A stretch of 35,229 nucleotides of DNA, from sequence record SRR2962707_5509; one strand, 5' to 3'. Below the pieces are notes generated by a model. It saw only the letters and a list, made by a program, of their open reading frames with translations, ran no database searches and had not been told where the DNA came from. A program made the position numbers and the translations under genes. This document shows, one piece after another, positions 1-10,100 of this stretch. Every line of letters starts with the position of its first letter. Positions within the stretch are counted from its first letter, which is position 1.

Positions 1-291
1 GCCCACATTGTCGTAAACGCTCATATGCGGGTAGAGCGCATAGGATTGGAACACCATGGCCACGCCGCGATCGCGCGGCTGCACGCCGTTGACGATTTTG
101 TCGCCGATCCTCAGCTCGCCGCCGGTGATGTCCTCCAGGCCCGCAATCATGCGAAGCAGCGTGGACTTGCCGCAGCCGGACGGACCGACAAACACCACGA
201 ACTCGCCGTGCTCGATTTGAAGGTCGACGCCTTTGATGACTTCGACCTTGCCATAGGTCTTGCGGATTTGAGTGAGGCTCAAGCCGGCCAT
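1..291 (-). CDS. Sugar ABC transporter ATP-binding protein (MalK/UgpC-like); only the 5' part is in the window
   Basis: Manual translation of the minus strand from ATG at 291 gives [53 protein letters not shown]...[19 protein letters not shown] (Walker A and Q-loop). AAGGAG RBS upstream. Absent from the ORF track because it is truncated. Confidence 0.95.
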   Translation of the reverse strand, partial: MAGLSLTQIRKTYGKVEVIKGVDLQIEHGEFVVFVGPSGCGKSTLLRMIAGLEDITGGELRIGDKIVNGVQPRDRGVAMVFQSYALYPHMSVYDNVG

Positions 292-308
292 GATGATCTC
301 CTTATGCC

Positions 309-1301
309 CTAGACCTGGGCGCCGGGGGGAAGCTTGTCGAGTTCAATATGCAATAGGCCATCAGCATCGATGCGCACCGGAATGGGGTCAGAGACCTGCC
401 CGATGAACGAGCCGTCAGCCGCGTCATGGCGGAAGCCCATGAAAACGAGGCCCTTGTCGGTCTCGACGATCTTGCCGGCATAGCGGCTGCCCTGCGCGCC
501 ATCGAAGAAAGCGCCGGGCGCCACTTCCCACGGACCGAACGGATCGTCTGCCATCAGATAGTGCGTTCCGCGCACCGGCGTTTCCGGGTTGAGGCGCTTA
601 TAGGCCTCGGACCAGTGCGACCCGTCGGTACAGAACAGCATGTACCACTTGCCGTTCACCTCGAAGACCTGCGGTACTTCCATCTGCCCGAACATGCCGC
701 CGGCATAAACGGGCGGCTGCAATGTCCAGGTGTAAAGATCGGGCGAGGTGGCAAAGCCGATGGTGCCGCCGGCATTGGGCTCGGCCACACCGGGACGGCG
801 GGCAACGAAATACATGACCCAACCATCGCCCTTGGGATTGTTCATCACCCAGGGGTCGCGGAAGGCGCGGTCGTGCCAGTGACCCGGGGTATATTCCTCA
901 TAGTCCGGGCCCGAAATATCGAGCGCCAGGCCATCGCCGACACGGGTCCAATTGTGCCCGTCGGTCGAGGTCGCGTGCCCCAGGCGCTGCTTCATGCCCT
1001 CTTCGGCATGCTCGGTGCCGGTATAAAAGAGGTGCCAAAGGCCGGTTTCGTCCCGCAGCGTCGAGCCGGTCCAGGTGGTCCAGTCGTCCCAAGCCACCGG
1101 GTCGGCCGGCTTGAACGTGGTGCCCAGATGCGTCCAGTTGACCAGGTCCTTGGACACCGCATGCCCCTGGGTTACGTGGCGATGCCGCATGTCAGGATGG
1201 GCCAGCGTGTTGTCTGCCTGCAGGAAATAGGCGTGATAGTCCTCGCCGTCGCGGTAAATCCAGAAGTCCCAAATCCATTTGTCTTTAAGTGCGATAACCA
1301 A
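309..1301 (-). CDS. Clan GH-J glycoside hydrolase (GH32/GH68-like beta-fructofuranosidase), no signal peptide
   Basis: Motifs WIWDFW (nucleophile Asp), WTGS, FRDP (transition-state Asp) and MEVP (acid/base Glu). Probable TTG start at 1301; the track start at 1352 overlaps the upstream permease. Confidence 0.85.
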   Translation of the reverse strand: MVIALKDKWIWDFWIYRDGEDYHAYFLQADNTLAHPDMRHRHVTQGHAVSKDLVNWTHLGTTFKPADPVAWDDWTTWTGSTLRDETGLWHLFYTGTEHAEEGMKQRLGHATSTDGHNWTRVGDGLALDISGPDYEEYTPGHWHDRAFRDPWVMNNPKGDGWVMYFVARRPGVAEPNAGGTIGFATSPDLYTWTLQPPVYAGGMFGQMEVPQVFEVNGKWYMLFCTDGSHWSEAYKRLNPETPVRGTHYLMADDPFGPWEVAPGAFFDGAQGSRYAGKIVETDKGLVFMGFRHDAADGSFIGQVSDPIPVRIDADGLLHIELDKLPPGAQV

Positions 1302-1326
1302 AATCGTAGCTTTCGTAAGTGGTGTC

Positions 1327-2205
1327 TCAGCCCTTGATGCCGGTGGAGGCAATCGAGGTGATGAAGGCGCGCTGGAGGAAGAGATAGAAGGCGAGCACCG
1401 GCAGGGTGATCATGGACAAATAAGCCATCACCTCGCCCCAGGCGGTGTTGAGCTGGAAGAAATATTGCAGCCCAACCATCACCGGCCGGTACTGTTCGGA
1501 CTGCGTGACCATCAGCGGCCAGAGATACTGGTTGTACATGGCCAGGAACTTGAGGATCGCGGCAGTGGCAAAGACCGGACCGGATATCGGCACGATGACC
1601 AGGCTATAGACCTGGAACCAGCTTGCTCCATCGAGCCGAGCTGCCTCGATCAGTTCCTTGGGCAGGTCGCGGAAGAATTGCACGAAGAGGAAGATGGTCA
1701 GCGCATCGGCCAGGAACGGCACGATCTGCACGTGATAGGTGTTGAGCCAGCCCCAGGTGATACCCTCGCTTCCAAGCCAGGGCAGGGCATTGACCACCAT
1801 CAGCATGGGCACGGCGATGGTTTCGAAAGGTACGATCAGTGTCGCGATAATGATCGAGAGCACCACGCTTTTGCCGCGGAATTCGAGGAACGCGAAAGCA
1901 AAAGCCGCCATCGAGCACAGGAACAGCGAGCCGATCACGGTGATGGCCGTGACCAGGATCGAGTTGAAGACAAAGAGCCCCACCGGCGCGCGCTCGAACG
2001 CGGCAAAGTAGTTGTCCAGCGACACATCACCCACTGGCAGGAAGGCATTGAACGAAGAAGTGTCGCGCAACAATTGCGCGTCCGGTTTGAACGAGCTGAC
2101 CACCATGAAGACGATGGGGAAGACGAAGACCAGAGCCACCAGGATCAGCAGCAGATATTTCAGGCTGGTCTTGAGGTTCTGGTTGGGCGAAGTGACGGCA
2201 GCCAT
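1327..2205 (-). CDS. Carbohydrate ABC transporter permease (MalG-like)
   Basis: Multiple hydrophobic helices and the EAA motif LIEAARLDGAS. Confidence 0.95.
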   Translation of the reverse strand: MAAVTSPNQNLKTSLKYLLLILVALVFVFPIVFMVVSSFKPDAQLLRDTSSFNAFLPVGDVSLDNYFAAFERAPVGLFVFNSILVTAITVIGSLFLCSMAAFAFAFLEFRGKSVVLSIIIATLIVPFETIAVPMLMVVNALPWLGSEGITWGWLNTYHVQIVPFLADALTIFLFVQFFRDLPKELIEAARLDGASWFQVYSLVIVPISGPVFATAAILKFLAMYNQYLWPLMVTQSEQYRPVMVGLQYFFQLNTAWGEVMAYLSMITLPVLAFYLFLQRAFITSIASTGIKG

Positions 2206-2207
2206 GG

Positions 2208-3290
2208 TCAGCGCTCCCTTGTGACGTATCGCTGGAAGAGAGATATGGCGAGCACGATCAGGAACAGCAGCACCGATATGGCCGAGCCACCGGCGATGTT
2301 CTGCTGCTCATAGCCGCGCGTGACTGCCTGGAACACCAGCGTCTGCGTACTGTCGAGCGGACCGCCATTGGTCATCACGTCGATCTGGGCAAAGAGCGCA
2401 AAGGCCTGCATTGTAATGACGACGAGGATCAAGACGGCCGTGTTGCGTAGCCCTGGCCAGGTAACAAAGCGGAATTTCTGCCAGGCCGTTGCCCCCTCGA
2501 TATCGGCGGCCTCATAGAGGGTGAGCGGGATGTTCTGCAGGCCCGCCAGCCAGATCACCATATGAAAGCCCACTGCCTGCCAGATCGACATGACGATGAT
2601 GGCGAACATGGCCGTGTCGGGATTGCCAAGCCAATCGATGGGCTGGAATTGCCCGAAACTGAGAAATTGCAGGAGGTTGTTCAAAAGCCCGCTGCGCCCG
2701 TCATAGATAAAGCGCCAGAGCAGCGACACGACCACGATCGAGACAACTACAGGCATGAAATAGACGGTTCGGAAGACGTTTATGCCGCGCAGCTTCTGGT
2801 TGATCATCAGGGCCAGCAAGAGCGCGATGCCCGATTGCAGCGGTGCCACCACCGCCACGAAGAACAGTGTATTGGTCAGCGCCTTCATGAAGACGAGGTC
2901 TCGGGCAAGGACCAGCACCTTGCTGTCGCCCCAGCTCCAGCCGAACCATTCGCGCATGCCCTCAAGCTGGGGATAGTCCGGATTGTTGCGGGTGAAGTTG
3001 CGCACCCGCGGATAGCTCAATTCGCCAGTCTCGCTGACAATGAGGCTGCCGTCTTCGGCCCGCTCAGGCTCCAGCACCAGCGTGCCCACGCCCAGCAATT
3101 GCTCGAAATTGCTGGTGCCCACGAACTGGGTCGGATTGGGTGAAATCAGGCGCTGATTGGTGAAGGAGAACCAGAAGGCCAAAAGAAAGGGCACGATTAG
3201 GAACAGGGTCACCAGAGCCAGGGCCGGACCGCTCATCAGCCAGCCGGCCAGCGAGTGGGACTGCAGCGATTTGGTTCTTGTCGGACGCAT
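2208..3290 (-). CDS. Carbohydrate ABC transporter permease (MalF-like) with an enlarged periplasmic loop
   Basis: EAA motif LYEAADIEGAT, MTNGGP motif and TM helices. Confidence 0.95.
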   Translation of the reverse strand: MRPTRTKSLQSHSLAGWLMSGPALALVTLFLIVPFLLAFWFSFTNQRLISPNPTQFVGTSNFEQLLGVGTLVLEPERAEDGSLIVSETGELSYPRVRNFTRNNPDYPQLEGMREWFGWSWGDSKVLVLARDLVFMKALTNTLFFVAVVAPLQSGIALLLALMINQKLRGINVFRTVYFMPVVVSIVVVSLLWRFIYDGRSGLLNNLLQFLSFGQFQPIDWLGNPDTAMFAIIVMSIWQAVGFHMVIWLAGLQNIPLTLYEAADIEGATAWQKFRFVTWPGLRNTAVLILVVITMQAFALFAQIDVMTNGGPLDSTQTLVFQAVTRGYEQQNIAGGSAISVLLFLIVLAISLFQRYVTRER

Positions 3291-3319
3291 GGTTGACCTG
3301 CCTTGGGACGCGCGGGGTG

Positions 3320-3347
3320 GGCCGGTCCGGATTTCTCCGGGCCGGCC
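3320..3347 (-). terminator. Intergenic stem-loop after the binding-protein gene (mRNA stabiliser or partial terminator)
   Basis: Minus strand GGCCGGCCCGGA-GAAA-TCCGGACCGGCC: 12-bp stem with one mismatch and a GNRA loop, no U-tract. Confidence 0.55.
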
Positions 3348-3364
3348 GTGCTCGGGAGGGGGAC

Positions 3365-4633
3365 CTATTGGGCCGTGGCGTAGTTATTGTTGCGGGCGAT
3401 GTCGTCATTGATGGCATCGGTCGCCGCATCGAGCGCATCAACCACGTCAGCGCCATTGGCGATGTCCGAAAGCGCCTTGCGGAATTCAAGTGCCTGGAAC
3501 ACATAGCCCGGGGTCACTGGACGCAGCGTCGCCTGGGCCTCGGAGAGACCATAGAAGACTTCAAGCGGCCCGCCTTCCTTGTAGTTTTCGGTCATGGCCG
3601 CAGCTTCGGCCGTGGCTGGGATGAGGCCAATACCGTCGGAGAAGGCCGCCAGATATTCGGGCTGAAGCGCGAACTCGATGAAGGCGCTCGCGCCCTCGGG
3701 ATGCTCGGAGGTCGCTGATACGCCGAACTGCCAGGAAGCGCCGCCGATCTTGGGACCAGTGCCGAAATCGGGCGCGGGCAGGAAGAGAACATCATCGCCC
3801 AGAGCATTGAGCGTATTGACCGCTACCCAATTGCCGTTCCATTGCAGGGCATAGTCGCCGTCGATGAAGCCGGTTTCATGGTCGGCCATGTCCTGGCTGG
3901 TGCCCGGAGCATATTCATTGGTGAACAAGCTCTGCCACCATTCGCCGAATTCGATGGCCGCGTCGCCATTTAGGGCGCCCTCGGCGGTCTCGTAGGACGA
4001 GCGGTCAACCATGTCGCCGCCAAAGCTCCACAGGAACGGACCAAAGGCATAGGGGTACCATTCGCCCTGATCGGCCATGCCCAGGTTCAGCGGATATTCG
4101 AACTCGCCGGATTCCTTGAGGGTCGCGAGAATGCCGTCGAACTCTTCGCGGGACCAGGGCTCATCGAGCGTCGGAATGCGGATGTCGAATTTTTCAAGCG
4201 TCGACCTGCGCGCATACATGGCAATGGCCGCGTCCCACAGGCCAACCGAATAGACTTCGCCGTTGTATTCGCCGATCGCGCCAGGCAGGAAACCGTCAAG
4301 CGCGCCCTCGGAGAGTTGCAGCGGCTGCATATATCCGGCCCAGGCCCAGTTCGGCATGACCGGTCCATCCACGTCGATGATGTCGGGCAGATTGCCGGCC
4401 ACGGCGGCGGCCACGACAGAGTCATTATAGGCCGCCTGCGGGAATTCCTGCAGCGTGACCGACCAGTCGGACTGGGAGTCATTGAAATCGGAAATGATGG
4501 TGTTGATCAGGTCGCGCTCAACGGTGCTGCCGGCGCCGTGATACCACATGGTCAGCTCGGTCTGTGCGAAAGCGGCGGTGCTCATCGCCGTGGTGATGAC
4601 AAGGCCTGCTGTCAAAAGGCGTAGGGACTTCAT
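3365..4633 (-). CDS. Carbohydrate ABC transporter substrate-binding protein (family 1)
   Basis: Signal peptide ending AFA-Q, LPDII motif, operon context. Confidence 0.93.
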   Translation of the reverse strand: MKSLRLLTAGLVITTAMSTAAFAQTELTMWYHGAGSTVERDLINTIISDFNDSQSDWSVTLQEFPQAAYNDSVVAAAVAGNLPDIIDVDGPVMPNWAWAGYMQPLQLSEGALDGFLPGAIGEYNGEVYSVGLWDAAIAMYARRSTLEKFDIRIPTLDEPWSREEFDGILATLKESGEFEYPLNLGMADQGEWYPYAFGPFLWSFGGDMVDRSSYETAEGALNGDAAIEFGEWWQSLFTNEYAPGTSQDMADHETGFIDGDYALQWNGNWVAVNTLNALGDDVLFLPAPDFGTGPKIGGASWQFGVSATSEHPEGASAFIEFALQPEYLAAFSDGIGLIPATAEAAAMTENYKEGGPLEVFYGLSEAQATLRPVTPGYVFQALEFRKALSDIANGADVVDALDAATDAINDDIARNNNYATAQ

Positions 4634-5706
4634 GTTTCTTTCCTCCTTGAATTTAGTTGCGTGACATTGGCGTCACGGGTTTGGACGCTTTCGCGCCAGG
4701 CGACCGGAGCAGAGACCAGTTCGCGGCTCGGCTCGTTGGGTTTGGTGGTGCCACTCATCAGGCGCAGCAGCTTGTCGGCAGCGCGCGCACCCATGGCGGC
4801 GTAAGGCAGCTCGGCGCTGGTCAGGCCCGGATGGAGATGTTCGGCGATCATGCGATAGTCGTCATAGCCGGCGACTGACATCTGCTGGGGTATGGCAAAT
4901 CCACGCTCGCGTAAGAGGCCATAGACACGCATGGCCATCTTGTCGTTGGCGCAACAGATGACTGTCGGTTCTGCCTTGAGTATGCGGTCCAACGCATCCC
5001 AGAGCAGATCGAATTCATGCGTGCTGCTGGGTAGGGCGCCGACCTGGACCAGCCCATCGTCAACGGCAATGCCATTGTCGCGATGGGCGCGGCGATAGCC
5101 AGCCACGCGCAGATCGCAGGCCACGTAGTGCTCGGGCAGGGTGAGATAACCAATGCGGTGATGGCCACGCCGGATCAGCCCATCCACAAGCGCATACTGG
5201 GCCCCTTCATCATCGGGCAGGACAGAGGGAGTGTCCTCGGCATCAAAGCAATTGACCAGAACGATCGGCCGATCGCGTAGAGCCGCTGGCAGGGTGACTT
5301 CGCGGTGGTACTCAGCCACATATAGAATGCCCTCAACCCTATGCTCCTGAAATGTCTGGAGTAGCGTCGGGATGCGCTCGGCCTGTCCGCCGCTATCGGC
5401 GATAAGCAGCGTGCGGTTGGATTGGTCGATGACACGCTGCGCGCCCTGCACGAGGTAGATTTCGGGAAGGCCCGCATCTTCGAAGTGATGGGTCGAACTG
5501 ATGGCGCCGGTAATCATGCCGATCAGGCCCGAGCGCTGCGAACGCATGGTGCGGGCGGCGCTGGAGGGGACGTAGTTGAGGGCCACCATGGCCTGCTGCA
5601 CAGCCTCGCGTGTCGCCTGGTTAACCGGCGCATCGCCGTTCATCACCCGGCTCACCGTCTTGGGTGAGACCCCTGCAGCTTTGGCAACATCATAAATCGT
5701 GGCCAC
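4630..5706 (-). CDS. LacI-family transcriptional regulator
   Basis: HTH ATIYDVAKAAGVSPKTVSRVMN, YVPS hinge and SVAGYDD. GTG start at 5706 with GGAGGAGG RBS. Confidence 0.95.
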   Translation of the reverse strand: MATIYDVAKAAGVSPKTVSRVMNGDAPVNQATREAVQQAMVALNYVPSSAARTMRSQRSGLIGMITGAISSTHHFEDAGLPEIYLVQGAQRVIDQSNRTLLIADSGGQAERIPTLLQTFQEHRVEGILYVAEYHREVTLPAALRDRPIVLVNCFDAEDTPSVLPDDEGAQYALVDGLIRRGHHRIGYLTLPEHYVACDLRVAGYRRAHRDNGIAVDDGLVQVGALPSSTHEFDLLWDALDRILKAEPTVICCANDKMAMRVYGLLRERGFAIPQQMSVAGYDDYRMIAEHLHPGLTSAELPYAAMGARAADKLLRLMSGTTKPNEPSRELVSAPVAWRESVQTRDANVTQLNSRRKET

Positions 5707-5794
5707 GTCATTCCTCCTCCGGTTGAACTGATGCCCCACTCTAGACGCTCTGGTCGGTTGGGAAACGGTTCACCGTGATGCCGCAGGTGTTCTA

Positions 5795-5822
5795 TGACAC
5801 CGATGTCATGACATCGGTGTCA
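5795..5822. promoter_or_regulatory. Tandem LacI-type operator (perfect 28-bp palindrome)
   Basis: TGACACCGATGTCA-TGACATCGGTGTCA: two abutting 14-bp CG-centred quasi-palindromes, about 90 bp upstream of the lacI-family gene. Confidence 0.8.
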
Positions 5823-5851
5823 CAAATGCAGGATGACGAGACAAGAGTCAA
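5823..5851 (-). promoter_or_regulatory. Possible sigma70 promoter of the sugar operon
   Basis: Minus strand TTGACT-N17-CATTTG immediately upstream of the operator; the -10 box is weak. Confidence 0.4.
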
Positions 5852-6140
5852 GTCGATTGCGGCAAGCGGCCGTTCAATGGGGTATTTGGTGGGGCCTAAA
5901 AAGGGAAAGCCGCAACTCCCCAATCTGCGTGATCATCCTGGACTGGCCCGATGCGTGAACGCTCGCTGGGCCAGGACCGAAGGCGATATGAAGCCGAGCA
6001 GATATATGGTGACCGCGCACTGGTGCGTTGCTGGTCCAGTCCCGTGGCGACATGCGCTACCAAGCATCTAGGCACTTTGATTGCTTTACAGTGCGCAGGC
6101 CGGAATGGTTTAATTCCAGGTAGTTGAGGGAGCAGCGCAG

Positions 6141-6506
6141 ATGAGATCTTGCTTGGCGATAGTGCTGTCGTTGTTCCTTGTGCCGGCGGCGGGCGCGGTG
6201 TGCGACTTTTGCAATCCGAGCATTCGTCTCAATGAACGCGTTGCTGCCTGCTTTGCCGAACAATATGAAGCCGAGCTTGTGCGGCTCGAAGCAGAGGGAC
6301 GCGGCTTCGTCCTTGTTGATCTCACCCAATGCGTGGAAGACAGATCCCGGGGGCTTCCCAGCGCCAATGCACAGCGCGATATCGCGGCGATTGACACAAG
6401 CTTTGTGGCCGATGAGGCCGCATTGCGCTGCATCAATGCCGAGATCGGCCGGCTGGCCGGCTCGCTTGATCCGGTGGTCCGGTTGGACCTGACAGCATGT
6501 CCCTAG
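6141..6506 (+). CDS. Small exported Cys-rich hypothetical protein
   Basis: GAGGGAG RBS, signal peptide MRSCLAIVLSLFLVPAAGA, six Cys in the mature part (CDFC...C...C...C...CP). Its stop overlaps the next start. Confidence 0.75.
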   Translation: MRSCLAIVLSLFLVPAAGAVCDFCNPSIRLNERVAACFAEQYEAELVRLEAEGRGFVLVDLTQCVEDRSRGLPSANAQRDIAAIDTSFVADEAALRCINAEIGRLAGSLDPVVRLDLTACP

Positions 6507-7129
6507 ATCCGCTCGATGAGGCCGTCGCGGACCAAGGCGAACCACAAGGCAATAGGGGCGGTGGCAGAAGGACTGGTTGGCTGGCCGGTGCCGACGGCGT
6601 CCTCTCGCCGGTTCTCAAGATCTTTGCCGTCATCGCCGTTCTCGCTGGTGCCATGGAATATTTTCAGCGCGTGCAGGATGACCGGATCGAACGATCATTG
6701 GCGGAGGTCGAAAACTGGGATGAGGGGGGCTATCGTGCGGCCTATGGGGAACTCAACGCCATTATCTGGCCGTTCTACCAGCAACAGGCCGATTTCATCG
6801 TTGGTCTGGCACCCGACCAGCAGGCGCTGATCTATGCCAATATCGGAGAGCGGGTCACCGGTCAGGATGACCAGTTCGATGCGCGCAGCGACCGGCTTGT
6901 CGACGATCTCTTCTATTTTTTCGATCGCGCGGCACTTTGTGCGCAGCAGCGGATTTGTGATTTTGACGTCCTCAATGCCTTTCTGGGTACCGAAGTCGTC
7001 GATTTCTGGCGGTACTTTTCCGAATATGCCGAACGCCGCCGTGACGCGGGTTACGGCAATTATGGTCTCTGGACCGAGCGCTTCGCCAGGGCCGAGATCG
7101 CGAGGGCGTCTTGGCCGCTCGGTTTCTGA
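6497..7129 (+). CDS. Single-pass membrane hypothetical protein (possibly DUF4760-like)
   Basis: TM segment VLKIFAVIAVLAGAMEYF, then a helical domain with FYFFDRAALCAQQRICD. Overlaps both neighbouring genes. Confidence 0.7.
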   Translation: MSLDPLDEAVADQGEPQGNRGGGRRTGWLAGADGVLSPVLKIFAVIAVLAGAMEYFQRVQDDRIERSLAEVENWDEGGYRAAYGELNAIIWPFYQQQADFIVGLAPDQQALIYANIGERVTGQDDQFDARSDRLVDDLFYFFDRAALCAQQRICDFDVLNAFLGTEVVDFWRYFSEYAERRRDAGYGNYGLWTERFARAEIARASWPLGF

Positions 7130-10100
7130 AACAGGCCGTCCTCGCCATAGCCGTCCTGGGCGCGGTTGCAGCCCACGGGGTAGCGCGGGCTCAGGAGCTT
7201 GGCCTTGCCGAGCGTCTGCTCGTGCAGGAAAGGCTTATCGACCTGGGGCACCTTGAGGGTTCGGCCGACGGCGTGTTCGGGCCAATGACCCGGGCGGCTA
7301 TCGGGGCCTATCAAGTGGGGCAGGGACAGTCCGAAACCGGCGCGCTGACCAGCGATGACCTCGGGACCCTGCTTGACCCATTGCCCCTTGAGGGGTTCGA
7401 GTTGCTCGACAACATAGACCTCTCTGGCGCCGATTACCGTAGCGGCATGTCCGACCCGAACCTCAAGAATATCGGGCTTGGCGCCTGTCAGGCCAGTTGC
7501 GCGTCAGAATCGCGGTGCTCTGCCTTTACCTACAATGTCGGCGCCAGGGTCTGCTTTCTCAAGATGAACGCGCCCGGCCGCTCGGCATTCACGGGCGCGG
7601 TGTCCGGCATCCGGCTGGCATCGGGCCTGGCCGCCGGAGGGGAGGGTGCGGCGATCTCATCCTTCGATCGGCTCGAAAATGTCGATCTGCCTTACAACGA
7701 TCTTCGCTCCGGCATGGTGGAGCCGTCCCTCAAAGGCATCGATCTGGCAGCATGCGAAGCACAATGCGCCGATGATGGGCTCTGCCAAGCCTATACCTAT
7801 AACAGCCAGGCAAGGGTCTGCTTTCTCAAATCCGCCGCAGCCGAACCCGTTCGATTCTCGGGCGCCTATTCGGGCATCAAGCGCGATGGTTCGGCATCGA
7901 ACGTGGCCGACCAATGGGTGCGCGATCCGTCGCGGCTTCTCGATTGGGCACGCGAGACAATCACGCGTTACGAACCAAAGACGCCCCCGCTGCGCTTTGA
8001 TGCCCTCGATGCCGAGGTTTCGGGCAATGTCACTCCCGGCTTTGCCAGGGACGATGTCTATGATCTGAGCGACATGGCGAGGGAAGTGACCATTCTGCCC
8101 CAGGCCGAGGGCAACTGGTCCATCACCATGCGCGTGGGGGAGGAAATCGATCGCCTCGAGACCAGTCGATTGGTGTTGGGCGGCCAGTATCAGGACTGGC
8201 TTTCCGCCCTCGATGCATGGCGTCTTTCATATTCCGATGAGAGCCGGGCCCATGTTGCGGCCTTAGTGCCGCGTCTAGAGGCCATAATTGCCGAGCTTGA
8301 TGCCCGTTACGGTCAGGACAATCCGCTCTCGGGCTATGTCAAGCTGGACCTGGTGACTGGGCTGGGCCAGCGTTACGACGCGCGCTGGGATAAAGGCGAG
8401 CGAGACGCACATCTGGAACGGACTGATCGGCTGAAGCGCGAGGCCTTCAGCGCGATGGCGCGTTCCTATGCTGGCGCGCCCGATCTTGCCCATATCCTGC
8501 AATTGCGGGCCGTTGCCGCCGTGACGTCCGGCCTGCCGAATGGTGATTTTTGCGAGGACAGCGACGCGAGCAAGGCCTATCAGGCCGGCGCTGAACTGCT
8601 CGCAATGGCCGGCGTCGGTGACCTCTGGGTTGGCCACGCCCTGGCTGATGCTGCGGGCTGCGCCCGGAGCGCCGAGCGGGTGGCCCTGCTTGAGCGTGCC
8701 GCAAGACTGACTTCGCAAAACGAGACTCAATACGCCCGCGCGCTGCTGCAGCTCGGGGTGGCCCGGGCCGAGACGGGCGACCGGGACGGTGCACGAGCGG
8801 CCATCCTCAATGCCATGGCGATCGAGAAGGGAGAGGCCTATGCGCACTCCTATGGCTGGATGCGCAACTGGTTCGGAGATTTCGGAACTGTCCAGAGCCT
8901 TGGGCTTGCAGACGAGATTGACCTTATGCTCGCTCACCGGTTCGTTGAGGCCTTGAGCGATGGGCCGCAGTCGAACACGGCCGAGATGTCGAGCTATTTC
9001 GGCACCGCGCGACAGCTTGAGCGACTTGAGCGCTTCGAGGTGGCTGACATGTTCTATGCGGCCATTGCCGGGGCATGGGATGGTGACCCGACGACGCCAG
9101 CAACGCTCGTCGCCGCTCAGGCCATCAACGACCGCGACTATGGAGAGGCCGAAGCGATCGCTGCGCGCCTGCTTTCACTCACCCCGCCTGGTTCGAATGC
9201 GGCGCTTCGGGTGGATTTTCTATCCATGCTGGCCCAGGCGACCCAGTTGGCCGGAGACTTCGAGCGGTCCGCCGATTTTGCCCAGCAGGCTCTGGTCGAG
9301 ATCGGCTCGGCAAATCTTGGGCAGGATCCTGGATTTGCAGAAGCGGTTCGGACCCTTGAGGGTCAGATCATGGAAGCGCTGCAAGCCAGCGGAGGCGGCA
9401 GGCTTGCCGACACGGCAATCGATGCGTTCGACAGCCGTCTCGCGCAGGCTTGTGCGGCCGGCTATCCGGTGCCTGATCTGCCCGGCGTCTTCGTGACCGA
9501 GGAGCTTGAGCGCAGTCTGTTCTTTCCTGACCTTGCCAGCCGCTATGCCGATTGCGCCCACGACCAGTTCGGCCGGCGCTTCCTGGTGGAAGACCAGTTC
9601 GGCTCGGTCGATACCAAAGGCATTGAGCACTATTTTCGCACCCTGGTTGGCCTGGGTCGAACGGGGGAGGCATGGACGGACTTTGAGCGCATCCTGGCCA
9701 TCGATCCGGTGCGCCGCGAGCGTGAAGATAACGATGGCTGGGCGATCGGGCGCAATCTTGAGCGTCTCAATAGCGCGACCCGTGCTGCCATTCTCGAAGG
9801 CGACACCGCCTTTGCCCGGCGATTGTCAGAGGCCGTGATCGAATATCTTGAAGGGGAGCTGGATGATCTGCTGGCGCTGGATATGGCGCAAGATGCGGTC
9901 GCGACTTCGATCCTGATGCTCAAGACATTGGGGCAGGATGAGCATTTTGTTCGGCTTGCTTCCGTGTTCGATGCCAACCGGGAAGCGCAGCAGATGGGCT
10001 ACTCCTGCTATGGCGTGGCCTGCGACCTCGCCATCGAAGTGAGGCAGTCCCTTGGTGATCTGGACGGCGTGGAGGACTATTCCGGGCGCCTCAACAACGG

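Noticed and set aside
5775-6071. 98-aa ORF and an imperfect hairpin near 5943-5974
   Set aside because: The ORF runs through the operator/promoter and has no motif; the hairpin is short and expected by chance in GC-rich DNA.
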